From the sequence record DRR723986_7207: DNA of 39,743 nt; one strand, written 5' to 3'. Shown one piece after another: positions 1 through 9,823 of this stretch; position 1 is the first letter of the stretch, and each line of letters starts with the position of its first letter. A program made the position numbers and the translations under genes. A model generated the notes under the pieces. The model did no database searches, had not been told where the DNA came from, and was given only the letters and a program-made list of their open reading frames with translations.

Positions 1-479
1 ACGATGTTTTCGTCGCCGGTCAGCATCAGGGCTTCATTGGTGTTGTTGCCGATCTGCGTTTCCTGCTGCTTCTCGGACGGCATGACGACATGGGTCTCGA
101 TCGGGGCAGGCAGGTGGAAGTGCAGGCCGGGGGTGAAATTCGTCTGCCACTGGCCGAAACGGAACACAGCGGCGCGCGAGCCTTCGTCGACCACGACGAC
201 ACCCGTCATCAGCCAGGCAACGAGCGCGATGCCCGCCAGAACAAGGATGCCGAGCGGGCCGAAATTCGGGCCTGACCCGCCGCCACGGCGCCGGCCACCG
301 CCGCCGCCATTGCCGCGATTGCGGAAACGCTCCTGCATGCGGCGCATCTGATCCTCGAGATCACCGCCTCCGCTGCCACCGGATGGGCGTTTCCATGGAG
401 AGTTGCCATCGTCCCCTCCCTTGTCGCCGCCACCGCCGCCCCATGGGCCGCTACCTTTTGTTTTATCATCCCAGGGCAT
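1..479 (-). CDS. hflK: FtsH protease modulator HflK (5' part; runs off the window start)
   Basis: Own translation from ATG at 479, with AGGAGG upstream: MPWDDKTKGSGPWGGGG...NSPWKRPSGGSGGGDLEDQMRRMQERF..., then a TM segment, VVVVDEGSRAAVFRFG...PGLHFHLPAPIE...LMLTGDENIV. MPW start, Gly-rich region and SPFH start are typical of HflK. Not in the ORF track. Confidence 0.92.
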   Translation of the reverse strand, partial: MPWDDKTKGSGPWGGGGGDKGGDDGNSPWKRPSGGSGGGDLEDQMRRMQERFRNRGNGGGGGRRRGGGSGPNFGPLGILVLAGIALVAWLMTGVVVVDEGSRAAVFRFGQWQTNFTPGLHFHLPAPIETHVVMPSEKQQETQIGNNTNEALMLTGDENI

Positions 480-573
480 GGCCCCTCCTGTTGCGCGTGT
501 TCGCTTCCATATAGGTGCTTTGCTAATAGATGCATGCCCTTTTCGGGGCATCAAGGGATAGAGGGTCGCGGTC

Positions 574-1773
574 ATGTTCGGTTCTAAGGGGAAAACCCGG
601 CAAAAACAGGCAGATGCTGTCATGAAGGCGCTTGGCAGCCCGGCCTGGCTGGAGTCAGTCAGCGTGGACGAGAATGGCCGGGCCGTGCTGGTGATCGAGG
701 CCGATCCGGCCGATACGGCGGGCGCAGAAGCCCTCCGGATGGAAGCCGAAGGCAAGGCGGGCCTCGTTCCGGGGATCGAAAAGGTCACCACGGTGCTCAC
801 CGCTGTGCGTCATTCCCACGCGCAAAAGCCGGCGCCTGCAGCGCCCAAGGGACGGACCGAGCTGCTGAATCTTACCCCGTCGCCGCGCCGTGTGCAGAAA
901 GGCGCCCGCCTGTCGGATGAGGCGATGCAGCAGGGCGCCCCCCAGCGCCAGCAGGGGAGCGTCGCGAAAATTCCCGGCATTTCCCGCATCCTGGTCGTCG
1001 CCAGCGCCAAGGGCGGGGTGGGCAAGTCTACCGTTTCGGTGAACCTGGCCGCCGCCCTGGCCAAGACCGGCATGAAGGTCGGCCTGCTGGACGCCGACGT
1101 CTATGGCCCCTCCATCCCCACCATGCTGGGTACGCAGGGCGCTGAGCCGAAGGGTTCCAAAAACAGGAAACTGGTGCCGGTCGAGGCCCACGGGCTGAAG
1201 ACGCTGTCCATCGGCTATCTGTCAGACCCGGATGCGCCAATGATCTGGCGCGGGCCGATCGTCATGTCGGCGATCACCCAGATGCTGAACGATGCCGAAT
1301 GGGGTACGCCGGAAGACCCGCTGGACGTGCTGGTGATCGACACGCCGCCGGGCACGGGCGATGCGCAGCTGACGATCGCGCAGAAAGTGCCGGTGACCGC
1401 TGCGCTGATCGTGACCACGCCGCAGGAAGTCGCCCTTGCAGACGTGCGCCGTGGCGCGGCCATGTTCACCAAGACCGCCGTGCCCGTGATCGGCCTTGTC
1501 GAGACGATGAGCTATTTCCAGGACCCGGCGGGCCAGAAACATTACCTGATGGGCCATGGCGGCGGCAAACGCATGGCCGACGCGCTCGGGCTGCCGCTGC
1601 TGGCAGAGGTGCCGATGCTGCAAGCCATCCGCGAGGGCGGCGACGCAGGCGTGCCCGCGGCTATCGGCGACGAGGAAACGGCCAAAGCCTTCCACGAGCT
1701 TGCCCGCAAGGTCGCCATCGGCCTCGACACGCTGGAAACCAAGGCGCCGCCTGAGATCGTGTTCGAGGACTAG
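574..1773 (+). CDS. Mrp/NBP35/ApbC family Fe-S cluster carrier ATPase
   Basis: Deviant Walker A ASAKGGVGKST, DADVYGPSIP, WRGP, DTPPGTGDAQL and VTTPQ motifs. Confidence 0.92.
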   Translation: MFGSKGKTRQKQADAVMKALGSPAWLESVSVDENGRAVLVIEADPADTAGAEALRMEAEGKAGLVPGIEKVTTVLTAVRHSHAQKPAPAAPKGRTELLNLTPSPRRVQKGARLSDEAMQQGAPQRQQGSVAKIPGISRILVVASAKGGVGKSTVSVNLAAALAKTGMKVGLLDADVYGPSIPTMLGTQGAEPKGSKNRKLVPVEAHGLKTLSIGYLSDPDAPMIWRGPIVMSAITQMLNDAEWGTPEDPLDVLVIDTPPGTGDAQLTIAQKVPVTAALIVTTPQEVALADVRRGAAMFTKTAVPVIGLVETMSYFQDPAGQKHYLMGHGGGKRMADALGLPLLAEVPMLQAIREGGDAGVPAAIGDEETAKAFHELARKVAIGLDTLETKAPPEIVFED

Positions 1774-2867
1774 ACTTCACCGCCAAAATGCTGCGCGGCC
1801 AGCGTGGTGGCGAGGCCAATCATGTTTTCATAGCCGGCCGTGTTGTTGTTGAGGATGACGATCACGCCGTCCTCTTCCGGCACCAGCATGATCAGGCTGA
1901 GATACCCGATCAGGCGGCCATTATAATAGCTCACGCCGACGGTCCGGTCGTCCGTCACGGGAAGCTCCGCCACGCTCCAGGCCATGGGCATGTCGGCATT
2001 GAAGGCTTCTGCGGCGGCAGCATCTGAATAGACCTCGCCATCTATGACCGCGTGTCCCCAGGCATTCAGATTATCCACGGTCGAGATCATGGAGGCGGTG
2101 CCCCGGAACAGGACCGGGTTCACGACGGGAATGACAGCGTAAGTGCCGTCATCATTCTTCAGGTAGTTCACGGCGAGGCCGTCTGAGTCCCGGTAGAGCT
2201 GACCTGTCGCGGTCATGCCGAGCGGACCCAGTATCTGCGTTTGCAGACAGGTCTCGTAATCCATGCCCGAATAGCGATCGATGATAAGCGCGAGGAGATA
2301 GTAATTTACGTTCGAGTAAAGATAATCGCTGCCGGGGGCGAACCTCAGGTCCAGCTCTCCAAGCGCCTCCATGAAGGTCTCATCCGTGAAGGCGCGCTTC
2401 ACATCATTGTCGAACCAGCCGGGGATGTCGATGTAATGCGGAATGCCGGACCGGTTCTGCAGCAGGTGGCGCAACGAGACCTCGCCTGCATACGGCACAT
2501 CGAAATCGGGCAGCAGTTCGGCCAGCGTCTGGTCCAGTCCGAGCTTTCCATCGTCGACCAGCCTCAGCACCAGCGCCGCGGTAAAGCTTTTCGTCATCGA
2601 GGCGATTGGGAAACGGGTTTCGAGCGTGATGTCTGCTGCTTCCGCCATCGGGAACGCGTTCACGGCTTCGCGCAGAAGGATATCGTCCCCTTTGCTGACA
2701 AGCAGCGTGCCGGAGAAGGCCAACTCGTCCAGCAGGGTGGAGAGTTCGTTCGTATTTGCGTCCCCGACGCTTTGCATTGCGGCGGGCGTGTCCGGGGTTG
2801 GGCGTTCGGCGGTGCAGCCGCACGCCATCAGGGCTGCGGCGAGCGCCGCGATCAGTCTGTGTTTCAT
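1770..2867 (-). CDS. Serine hydrolase (beta-lactamase/AmpC-like family), predicted lipoprotein
   Basis: SxxK (ASMTK), LLQNRSGI and YSN motifs; N-terminal signal with lipobox-like LMAC. Confidence 0.85.
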   Translation of the reverse strand: MKHRLIAALAAALMACGCTAERPTPDTPAAMQSVGDANTNELSTLLDELAFSGTLLVSKGDDILLREAVNAFPMAEAADITLETRFPIASMTKSFTAALVLRLVDDGKLGLDQTLAELLPDFDVPYAGEVSLRHLLQNRSGIPHYIDIPGWFDNDVKRAFTDETFMEALGELDLRFAPGSDYLYSNVNYYLLALIIDRYSGMDYETCLQTQILGPLGMTATGQLYRDSDGLAVNYLKNDDGTYAVIPVVNPVLFRGTASMISTVDNLNAWGHAVIDGEVYSDAAAAEAFNADMPMAWSVAELPVTDDRTVGVSYYNGRLIGYLSLIMLVPEEDGVIVILNNNTAGYENMIGLATTLAAQHFGGEV

Positions 2868-2896
2868 GACAGCTGCAGGTAATAGGCGTTGGTAGC

Positions 2897-3973
2897 CTAG
2901 TCCAGTCGCTTGCGCTCAATCTTGTCAGAGCCGGCAGGCAGGACGAAAGCCATGCCGTCTTCGCCCATCACGATTGGGCCATCGAAGGCTTTCTTGGTGC
3001 CTTTCATGAAGGCGGGGTAGAGGATACGGCTCGGCTGGGCCGGAACAATATGGGTGAAGACCAGAAGACCGGCGTCCGCTTCACTCGCCACTTCCGCCGC
3101 CTGCACGGGGCTCGTGTGATAGTCCGGAATGTCGTGCATGATCTTTTCGAGCCGTTTGGCGCCGAGCGTATCCAGCCGGTTGGCAATTTCGCCCACCATT
3201 TCATCATTCAAGGCTTCGTGGACCAGCACATCGGTGGTGCGGGCGAGATCGATCAGGGCCTGGTCTTTCTTCGTGTCGCCCGAAATCGTGACCGAGCGGC
3301 CCTTGTAGTCGAACCGGTAGGCGACCGCCGGATGCACCGGGCTGTGGTCCACCGGCACGGCGGTAATGGTGAGGCCGTCCCGATCATAAACGCGCACCGC
3401 GCCGCCATCGGTGGCGAAGGGAAAGGCCTCCGCGCCCGCGCCGGCGGGCGGCACGACATCCGCGCCGTGATGGGCGATCCGGTAGACCGCATCCTGTGCG
3501 TAGGCCTCGTTGAAGCCGGCTGCGACACGTTCCACGCCTTCCGGACCGTAGAGGGCAAGAGGCGTGTCGGCCCCACCGGCAGCCCAGTGCTGCAGCATCA
3601 CTTCGCCGAGGCCATCGATATGGTCGGAATGGAAATGCGTCAGGAAGGCCGCTTCCACCCGCCCCCAGGGCAGGGCAAGCTCGCCGAACCGCCGGCCTGA
3701 GCCTGCGCCTGCATCGACGATGAAGACGCGGTTGCCCGCGGTGACGACCGTCATCGGACCGGCCCGCTTCGCATCCGGCAGGGGGGAGCCGGTGCCGACC
3801 AGAACGACCATCAGGCCGTCAGGCACACCAGCAAGTGCGCTCCTGCCGACATTCTTCTTCAGCGCGGAACTGAAGACCGCTTCTCCAATCTGTACACTGA
3901 AGACTGTGCGAGCAACGGCCCCGGCGACAAGCAACAGCGCCAGGATAACGAGAACTGGCTTCAGAATACGCAT
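2897..3973 (-). CDS. MBL-fold metallohydrolase (RNase Z/arylsulfatase-like), N-terminally anchored
   Basis: GTGSP, THFHSDH (HxHxDH), SGDT, HEA and THIVP motifs; hydrophobic N-terminus. Confidence 0.85.
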   Translation of the reverse strand: MRILKPVLVILALLLVAGAVARTVFSVQIGEAVFSSALKKNVGRSALAGVPDGLMVVLVGTGSPLPDAKRAGPMTVVTAGNRVFIVDAGAGSGRRFGELALPWGRVEAAFLTHFHSDHIDGLGEVMLQHWAAGGADTPLALYGPEGVERVAAGFNEAYAQDAVYRIAHHGADVVPPAGAGAEAFPFATDGGAVRVYDRDGLTITAVPVDHSPVHPAVAYRFDYKGRSVTISGDTKKDQALIDLARTTDVLVHEALNDEMVGEIANRLDTLGAKRLEKIMHDIPDYHTSPVQAAEVASEADAGLLVFTHIVPAQPSRILYPAFMKGTKKAFDGPIVMGEDGMAFVLPAGSDKIERKRLD

Positions 3974-3995
3974 TGGTGTCCCCCCTGCCTGAGTA

Positions 3996-4904
3996 TCAGG
4001 CGTTGAAGTTGAGCTTCAGGCCGGGTTCCGGCCATCGGCACTTGATCAGATTTCCGGTGCCCGACAGCGTGATGTAGGCATCGCGCATGTCCTCCCCGCC
4101 AAAGGCGATATTGGTGACGAGGATGTCCGGGAAGGCGACATGGCTGAATTCGCCTTCGGGCGTGATGGTCGTGATGCCGCCGTTCAGGATGGTCGCCACG
4201 CAGACGTTTCCAGCAGCCGTCATGCCGAGGCTGTCGAAATATTGCAGGCCCGGCATGGTCGCCACGACCCGCCCGCCATTGAAAGGCGTGGCCGGCTTGA
4301 TGACGCCGGGGCTTTCCAGGTCGAACGCCCACATGCGGCCGGTCATCGTATCTGCCATGAAGACCGTCTTCTCGTCTGGCGAAAGGCCGACGCCATTCGG
4401 GCTGGAATAGTGGAAGTCCAGCTCCTTTGCAGCGCTTGCGCCATTGGCCAGGAAGTAGAGCCCGCCGAAATCGCGGTGGCGATCATAGGTCTTGCCGTGG
4501 TCGGTGAAATACATGTTGCCGTCTTTGTCGAAGACGAGGTCGTTCGGACCTTTCAGCGGCTTGCCGTCGACTTCTTCGATCACGCGCTCGACCTTGCCGG
4601 AGGACAGGTCCACGCGCTCGATGCGGCCACCATCATAGTCCGGCGGGCAGTTGCCGGGGATCAGCATGCCGTCCTGCTCGTGATAGATGAAGCCGCCATT
4701 GTTGCAGACCCAGAGTGCGCCGTCCGGTCCGATGGCGAGGCCATTGGGGCCGCCGCCGGGCGTCGCGATCACTTCGGTCTTGCCGCCGTCCCAGCAGCGC
4801 GTGATGCACTTCTTCTCGATTTCCACCACGATGATGGAGCCGTCAGCCATGACGACGGGGCCTTCCGGAAAGCGCAGGCCGCTGGCGATTGTTTCAAATT
4901 CCAT
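3996..4904 (-). CDS. SMP-30/gluconolactonase/LRE family protein
   Basis: FPEGP, PNGLA, PNDLV, SPNGVGLSPD motifs. Start moved to ATG 4904, which follows GGAGG. Confidence 0.88.
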   Translation of the reverse strand: MEFETIASGLRFPEGPVVMADGSIIVVEIEKKCITRCWDGGKTEVIATPGGGPNGLAIGPDGALWVCNNGGFIYHEQDGMLIPGNCPPDYDGGRIERVDLSSGKVERVIEEVDGKPLKGPNDLVFDKDGNMYFTDHGKTYDRHRDFGGLYFLANGASAAKELDFHYSSPNGVGLSPDEKTVFMADTMTGRMWAFDLESPGVIKPATPFNGGRVVATMPGLQYFDSLGMTAAGNVCVATILNGGITTITPEGEFSHVAFPDILVTNIAFGGEDMRDAYITLSGTGNLIKCRWPEPGLKLNFNA

Positions 4905-4999
4905 GTTTTTCCTCCCATAGACGGAGGCCACCCTAGGCGCGACTGGGTGAAACTGCAATCTGGCAGTTAGGGTGTCAATTCTTTTTACGCGGGGCCTTT

Positions 5000-5539
5000 T
5001 CAGGCGCGCGGTGCGATAGCCACCTGACGGTCCATCCGCACGATGGAAAAGGCGTGGTCATTGCCTTCACCGGCCGGATAGGTGGCCAGCGTTTCGCTGG
5101 ACCATTCCTGCGGCTTCAGTTCCGGGAAGTGGACATCGCCTTCCGGGCTGGCATCGACTTCAGTCATGAAGATGCGGTCCACATAGGGCATGGCAAGGTC
5201 ATAGATCGTGGCCCCGCCAATGACGAACACACAGCCCGCGCCTTGGCGTGCAGCGACCGCCCGGGCGGCGTTGATCGCCGCCGGGAAACTGGAATAGACC
5301 CGCGCGCCGGGAGCACTGTAGGTCCAGTCGCGGGTCATCACGATGTTCTCGCGGCCCTTCAGCGGACGTACCGGCAGGCTTTCCCACGTCTTGCGGCCCA
5401 TCAGGATCGGGCAGCCCATCGTGACCTTCTTGAAGAAGGACAGATCGTCTTTCAGGCGCCATGGCAGGTCGCCCTCTTTTCCGATCACATTGTTCTTGCC
5501 GCGGGCGGCAATGAGGCAGACGTTCACACGGTCCGGCAT
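5000..5539 (-). CDS. folA: Dihydrofolate reductase
   Basis: IAARGKNNVIG..LPW, MGRKTWESL..RPLKGRENIV, VIGG. Start moved to ATG 5539. Confidence 0.95.
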   Translation of the reverse strand: MPDRVNVCLIAARGKNNVIGKEGDLPWRLKDDLSFFKKVTMGCPILMGRKTWESLPVRPLKGRENIVMTRDWTYSAPGARVYSSFPAAINAARAVAARQGAGCVFVIGGATIYDLAMPYVDRIFMTEVDASPEGDVHFPELKPQEWSSETLATYPAGEGNDHAFSIVRMDRQVAIAPRA

Positions 5540-5684
5540 GGCGGCAACACCCTTGTTGCGGATTTCCTGTCGGGTTGACGGGGGCAGCCCCGTTGATGTG
5601 ATGTAGTGGCCATTACACCCGGGTAATGACAAGGCTTGCAAGTCAGTCGCGTCTGCCAATAATGCCAGCCAGCCGGGGAGCTTC

Positions 5685-6356
5685 GTGATTAATACTTTGA
5701 TTTCAGTGCTTACCAATGGGCACGCAGAGCAGCTGCTGCCTGCGCTTCTGGCGCTGGCACTGACATTCGGGGCAATCTGGTACCTCCAGGGCCGCTTCTG
5801 GGCGATCATCTATGTCGCCCTGATTCCCTTCCTGAACTGGTCGTTCGGGGTCATTCCGGAGTTCCAGGTCGTCACCCCGCACACAAATGAGATGTTTCCG
5901 CAGGGGGTCTCGCTGCACCCGATGACGATGGTGACCGGCATGGTGTTCGTGGTGCGCGATTTCGTGCAGCGCGAGATGCACCACCGCGTGCTGATCGTGA
6001 TGACGCTCGCGGTGGGCTGGTCGTTCTACTATGCGTGGCCGGTGATCGCGCTGGCCAGCGGCGTGGCTTTCGCTATTTCCGAGGGCGTGGACTGGCTGAT
6101 GTTCACGTTCACGAAATACCGCCTGTCGACGCGGATCCTGCTGTCCAGCCTGTTCGCCGCGCCTGTGGACACGACGGTCTTCCTCTATGGCGCAGACCTC
6201 GCCAAACAGATCGAGCTGGGCGCCGAGCCCGGTAACTCGCTACATGTCTGGAACTGGATCGTCTTCGTCATCGGCAAGATGGTAGGCGCAGTGATCGTGT
6301 CCGCCGTGATCCGGCGGCGCGAAGACCTTGGCCTGACCAATCCCGCCGAATTGTGA
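5685..6356 (+). CDS. VUT (Vut_1/YhhQ-like) family putative vitamin or queuosine-precursor transporter
   Basis: Multi-TM protein with VRDFVQR, ASGVAFAISEGVDW and APVDTTVF segments typical of the VUT family. GTG start is uncertain. Confidence 0.7.
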   Translation: MINTLISVLTNGHAEQLLPALLALALTFGAIWYLQGRFWAIIYVALIPFLNWSFGVIPEFQVVTPHTNEMFPQGVSLHPMTMVTGMVFVVRDFVQREMHHRVLIVMTLAVGWSFYYAWPVIALASGVAFAISEGVDWLMFTFTKYRLSTRILLSSLFAAPVDTTVFLYGADLAKQIELGAEPGNSLHVWNWIVFVIGKMVGAVIVSAVIRRREDLGLTNPAEL

Positions 6357-6365
6357 GGGGGCGTT

Positions 6366-6662
6366 TCAGCCCGCGCGCAGTTCTTCCTGCACGATGGACG
6401 GCCGCTTCTCGATCAGCGCCAGCAGCACGCGGGCGGGGCCTTCGGGGCGCCTGCGGCCCTGTTCCCAGCCGCGAACCGTTCCGACCGCCACGCCAATGCT
6501 GCGCGCGAACTCCGCTTGAGATAGGCCAGAGCGTGTCCGGATGGCGGTGACATCCGGTTCCGGTACGTCGATCTTATGTACGCGGGCGCCGGTTTTCTCA
6601 CCCTTGGCATGGGCAAGGGCGTCTTCGAGGCCTTTCCGGATGCTGTCATAGGCTTTGGTCAT
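6366..6662 (-). CDS. HigA-like antitoxin (Cro/C1 HTH)
   Basis: IRTRSGLSQAEFARSIGVAVGTVRGWEQGRRRPEGPARVLL. Start at 6662 overlaps the toxin stop as ATGA. Confidence 0.9.
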   Translation of the reverse strand: MTKAYDSIRKGLEDALAHAKGEKTGARVHKIDVPEPDVTAIRTRSGLSQAEFARSIGVAVGTVRGWEQGRRRPEGPARVLLALIEKRPSIVQEELRAG

Positions 6663-7000
6663 TTGCCGCCTCCATAGGTTTGCGCGATCAAGTCGCACAG
6701 CTTGATTAAGTCCGCCTGTTCCTTGCGGGACAGGTTTGCCTTCTCGTTCTTGGCAAACACCGTCAGCAGGAACAGCGGCATGTCAGATGCCCGGAAAAAG
6801 TGGAGTACGCGATAGCCGCCACTCTTTCCGCCACCTTGCCTGGCCATGCGGACTTTTCTGAGCCCGCCACCCAGAGACACGCCAGCCTCCGGGTTCAGGG
6901 CCAGATGCGAAACCAGATCTCCCCGGTCCTTGTCCGTCAGACCGATGTCAGCCGTCCGGCGCAAGAATTCGGGCGTTTCGACAACGGTCTGATGAGCCAT
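6659..7000 (-). CDS. RelE/HigB-2-like type II toxin
   Basis: GGLRKVRMARQGGGKSGGYRV and LLTVFAKNEKANLS motifs; toxin-first order upstream of an HTH antitoxin. Confidence 0.9.
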   Translation of the reverse strand: MAHQTVVETPEFLRRTADIGLTDKDRGDLVSHLALNPEAGVSLGGGLRKVRMARQGGGKSGGYRVLHFFRASDMPLFLLTVFAKNEKANLSRKEQADLIKLCDLIAQTYGGGK

Positions 7001-7020
7001 GTTCTGCCTCGTATATGAAC

Positions 7021-7044
7021 GTCATTGACGTATAAGTCAATGAC
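7021..7044. promoter_or_regulatory. Putative TA operon operator
   Basis: Perfect inverted repeat GTCATTGAC-N6-GTCAATGAC, 20 bp upstream of the toxin start. Confidence 0.7.
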
Positions 7045-7052
7045 ACACACCT

Positions 7053-7736
7053 TTAATCCTCGCTGACGGTGAGGTTCAGCGTGGCGAGAAAGCCGGCGAG
7101 GCCGGCGCCGATCAGCGGGGCCACGATGAAAAGCCAGAGCTGGGTCAACGCTTCGCCGCCCACGAACACGGCCGGGCCGAAGCTGCGCGCCGGGTTCACC
7201 GACACGCCCGTCACCTGGATACCGGCGATATGGATCATGGCGAGCGTCAGGCCGATGGAGATGCCGGCAAAGCCTGCTGGGGCGTTCTTCGCGGTCGAGC
7301 CGAGAATGACCACCAGGAACAGGAAGGTCGCCACGACTTCGAAGAGGAAGCCGGCCGCGAGGCTGTACCCGCCGGGCGAACCTGCATCATAGCCGTTCTG
7401 GCCAAGACCGTTGACGGCGATGTCATAGCCCGGCTTGCCGCTGGCGATCATGTAAAGCACGCCCGCGGCGATCAGGGCGCCGACGAACTGGGCTACCCAG
7501 TAGAGGAACATGTCCTTCATGCCGAGGCGCCCTGCCACAAAGGCGCCGAAGCTGACCGCCGGATTGATGTGACAGCCCGAAATCGGACCAATGCCATAAG
7601 CCATGGCCACGATGGACAGGCCGAAGGCGAGTGCAATGCCCAGCTGGCCGACAAACTCGCCCGCCAGCACGGCTGCGCCGCACCCGAACAGGACCAGCGT
7701 GAACGTACCGATGAGTTCCGCGATAAAGATTTTCAT
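7053..7736 (-). CDS. aqpZ: Aquaporin Z
   Basis: Two NPA motifs (SGCHINPAV, VSVNPARS), AELIGTF, NGYDAGSPGGY. Start moved to ATG 7736. Confidence 0.93.
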   Translation of the reverse strand: MKIFIAELIGTFTLVLFGCGAAVLAGEFVGQLGIALAFGLSIVAMAYGIGPISGCHINPAVSFGAFVAGRLGMKDMFLYWVAQFVGALIAAGVLYMIASGKPGYDIAVNGLGQNGYDAGSPGGYSLAAGFLFEVVATFLFLVVILGSTAKNAPAGFAGISIGLTLAMIHIAGIQVTGVSVNPARSFGPAVFVGGEALTQLWLFIVAPLIGAGLAGFLATLNLTVSED

Positions 7737-7844
7737 TGGGTACCCTCCCAGATAGTCCCCGGGGTTTTCCCCGGTGGATTGGCTGAGAGTGATAGAATTC
7801 GCGTTATGCGGCAATCGGTTACGCGTTCCGGGAGAAACCGCAGG

Positions 7845-8534
7845 TCAGACTTCCTCGATCAGCTGCGGGCCCTGATTGCGGACATTGCCGACCGCTGCGC
7901 CGACGGGCCAGGCATGCATGGCATCGGTGGGGAAGGGTTCGAACAGGTCTGCCACCTCTTTCGTCGAGGCGGTTAGCCAGCGCCTATAGTCCTGCGCGTC
8001 CAGGATCACCGGCATGCGTGTGTGCAGCCCGGCCATCAGATCGTTCGGCTTTGTCGTGATGATGGTGAAACTGTCAAGTTCCGACCCGTCGATCATGGCC
8101 CGGTCCCAGAGACCGGCAAAGCAGAACCAGCGCCGGTTGCGCAGACCGATGGCAAACGGTGTCTTACTGCCCTTTGGGCCGGTCCATTCATAGAAGCCGC
8201 TGGCAGGCACGAGGCACCGCCGGTGACGGAACGAGCCGCGGAACGTGTTCGATTCCTGCAGGCCTTCGGCGCGGGCATTGAAGGTGGAGAATTTCTTCTC
8301 CTTCAGCGGCTGGTGCCACCAGTTGGGTACGAGGCCCCACATGGCGGGCGCCATCTGGACCGTGCCGGCAGCCTGCGGCTCTCCCTCCGGGGTCAGGCGG
8401 ATGATGGGCACGTATTGAGTCGGCGCGATATTGTAGGCCGGCTCGGGCGGCTCCACACCGGCCGGCGGGATCAGCGACAGGGCCGCGTGATACTCCGCCC
8501 AGGTGACGCCATGCCTGAAAAACCGTCCGCACAT
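7845..8534 (-). CDS. SOS response-associated peptidase (SRAP; YedK/HMCES-like abasic-site protein)
   Basis: N-terminal MCGR (catalytic Cys2), YNIAPTQ, NARAE, RCLVPASGFYEW and HTRMPVIL motifs. Confidence 0.93.
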   Translation of the reverse strand: MCGRFFRHGVTWAEYHAALSLIPPAGVEPPEPAYNIAPTQYVPIIRLTPEGEPQAAGTVQMAPAMWGLVPNWWHQPLKEKKFSTFNARAEGLQESNTFRGSFRHRRCLVPASGFYEWTGPKGSKTPFAIGLRNRRWFCFAGLWDRAMIDGSELDSFTIITTKPNDLMAGLHTRMPVILDAQDYRRWLTASTKEVADLFEPFPTDAMHAWPVGAAVGNVRNQGPQLIEEV

Positions 8535-8656
8535 GGGCTCAGCGTAGAGGCCGGCGCGCGCCCTGCCAATCGCGATCTCGCTATCCGGTTAAACCCTTAT
8601 TGAAGGGAAGACTTTATACCGCCAGCTAGACACCAGCACAGACGACAGGAGCGATC

Positions 8657-9010
8657 ATGAGCATGGGTACCAAGGACTATGCCGCCATTACCGGTTCCAT
8701 CAATGAAGGCATCAAGGGCCTGCGCGAGACCGGCGCGGTGGAAACGCTGAACCAGTTTGCCGCCATGTCGAAAGCCGCGCTCTCTGACGGCGCGCTCGAC
8801 AAGAAGATGAAGGAACTGATCGCGCTTTCCATCGGGGTCGCGACGCATTGCGATGGCTGCATCGGTTTTCACACCAAAGCGCTGAAGCGCCTCGGCGCGA
8901 GCGATGAGGAAGTCGCCGAAGCACTCGGCATGACGGTCTATATGGGCGGAGGCCCGAGCCTCATGTACGCCGCCGACGCCTGGAACGCCTGGCAGGCCCT
9001 GAAGGACTAA
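8657..9010 (+). CDS. Carboxymuconolactone decarboxylase / AhpD-like protein
   Basis: LDKKMKELIAL, CDGCIGFH (CxxC) and MGGGPS motifs; AGGAG RBS. Confidence 0.88.
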   Translation: MSMGTKDYAAITGSINEGIKGLRETGAVETLNQFAAMSKAALSDGALDKKMKELIALSIGVATHCDGCIGFHTKALKRLGASDEEVAEALGMTVYMGGGPSLMYAADAWNAWQALKD

Positions 9011-9028
9011 ACTTCCCAGGCAGCAACG

Positions 9029-9823
9029 CTAGACAGCCACCGGCGCCTTGATGTGGGCGTGGGCCTGATAGTTCTCGAGCTGGAAGTCTTCATACTCCCA
9101 GCAGAAAAGGTCCGTCTTGTCCGGGTTCATACGCATGGTCGGCAGGGGCAGGGGCTGGCGCGAGAGCTGAAGCTCTGCCTGCTCGACATGGTTCAGGTAG
9201 AGGTGCGCATCGCCGAACGTATGAATGAACTCGCCGGGCTTCAGACCCGTGGCGCGTGCCATCATCATGGTCAGCAGCGCATAAGAGGCGATGTTGAACG
9301 GCACGCCGAGGAAGATGTCCGCCGAGCGCTGGTAGAGCTGGCAGTTCAGCTTGCCGTCCATGACATTGAACTGGAACAGGCAGTGGCAAGGCGGCAGGGC
9401 CATCTCGTTCACGTCTGCCGGGTTCCAGGCTGACACGATCAGGCGGCGCGAATTCGGATTGGTCTTGATCTCATCCAGCACCCACTGGATCTGGTCGATC
9501 GTGCGCCCGTCCGGCGCGGCCCAGCTGCGCCACTGCTTGCCGTAGACGGGGCCAAGGTCGCCATTTTCGTCGGCCCACTCATCCCAGATCGAGACCTTGT
9601 TGTCCTTCAGATACTTGATGTTGGTATCGCCCTTCAGGAACCAAAGAAGCTCGATGATGATCGAGCGCAGGTGCAGCTTCTTGGTCGTGACCATCGGGAA
9701 GCCGTCTTCCAGGTTGAAGCGCATCTGGCGGCCGAACACCGCCCGCGTGCCGGTCCCGGTCCGGTCGCTCCGCTCAAAGCCGTTTTCGAGCGCATCGCGC
9801 AGAAGATCGAGATACTGTTGCAT
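9029..9823 (-). CDS. thyA: Thymidylate synthase
   Basis: [36 protein letters not shown] and DAHLY motifs. Confidence 0.98.
   Translation of the reverse strand: MQQYLDLLRDALENGFERSDRTGTGTRAVFGRQMRFNLEDGFPMVTTKKLHLRSIIIELLWFLKGDTNIKYLKDNKVSIWDEWADENGDLGPVYGKQWRSWAAPDGRTIDQIQWVLDEIKTNPNSRRLIVSAWNPADVNEMALPPCHCLFQFNVMDGKLNCQLYQRSADIFLGVPFNIASYALLTMMMARATGLKPGEFIHTFGDAHLYLNHVEQAELQLSRQPLPLPTMRMNPDKTDLFCWEYEDFQLENYQAHAHIKAPVAV

Noticed and set aside
4-535. Track ORFs 4..351 (+), 90..275 (+) and 209..535 (-)
   Set aside because: Shadows of hflK, which lies in another minus-strand frame starting at 479.
1770-3973. Antibiotic-resistance beta-lactamases
   Set aside because: The folds are generic serine hydrolase and RNase Z-like MBL; class-specific beta-lactamase signatures are not evident.
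5540-5684. preQ1 riboswitch upstream of the VUT gene
   Set aside because: No recognisable preQ1 aptamer or A-rich tail; only an imperfect CATTAC...GTAATG repeat.
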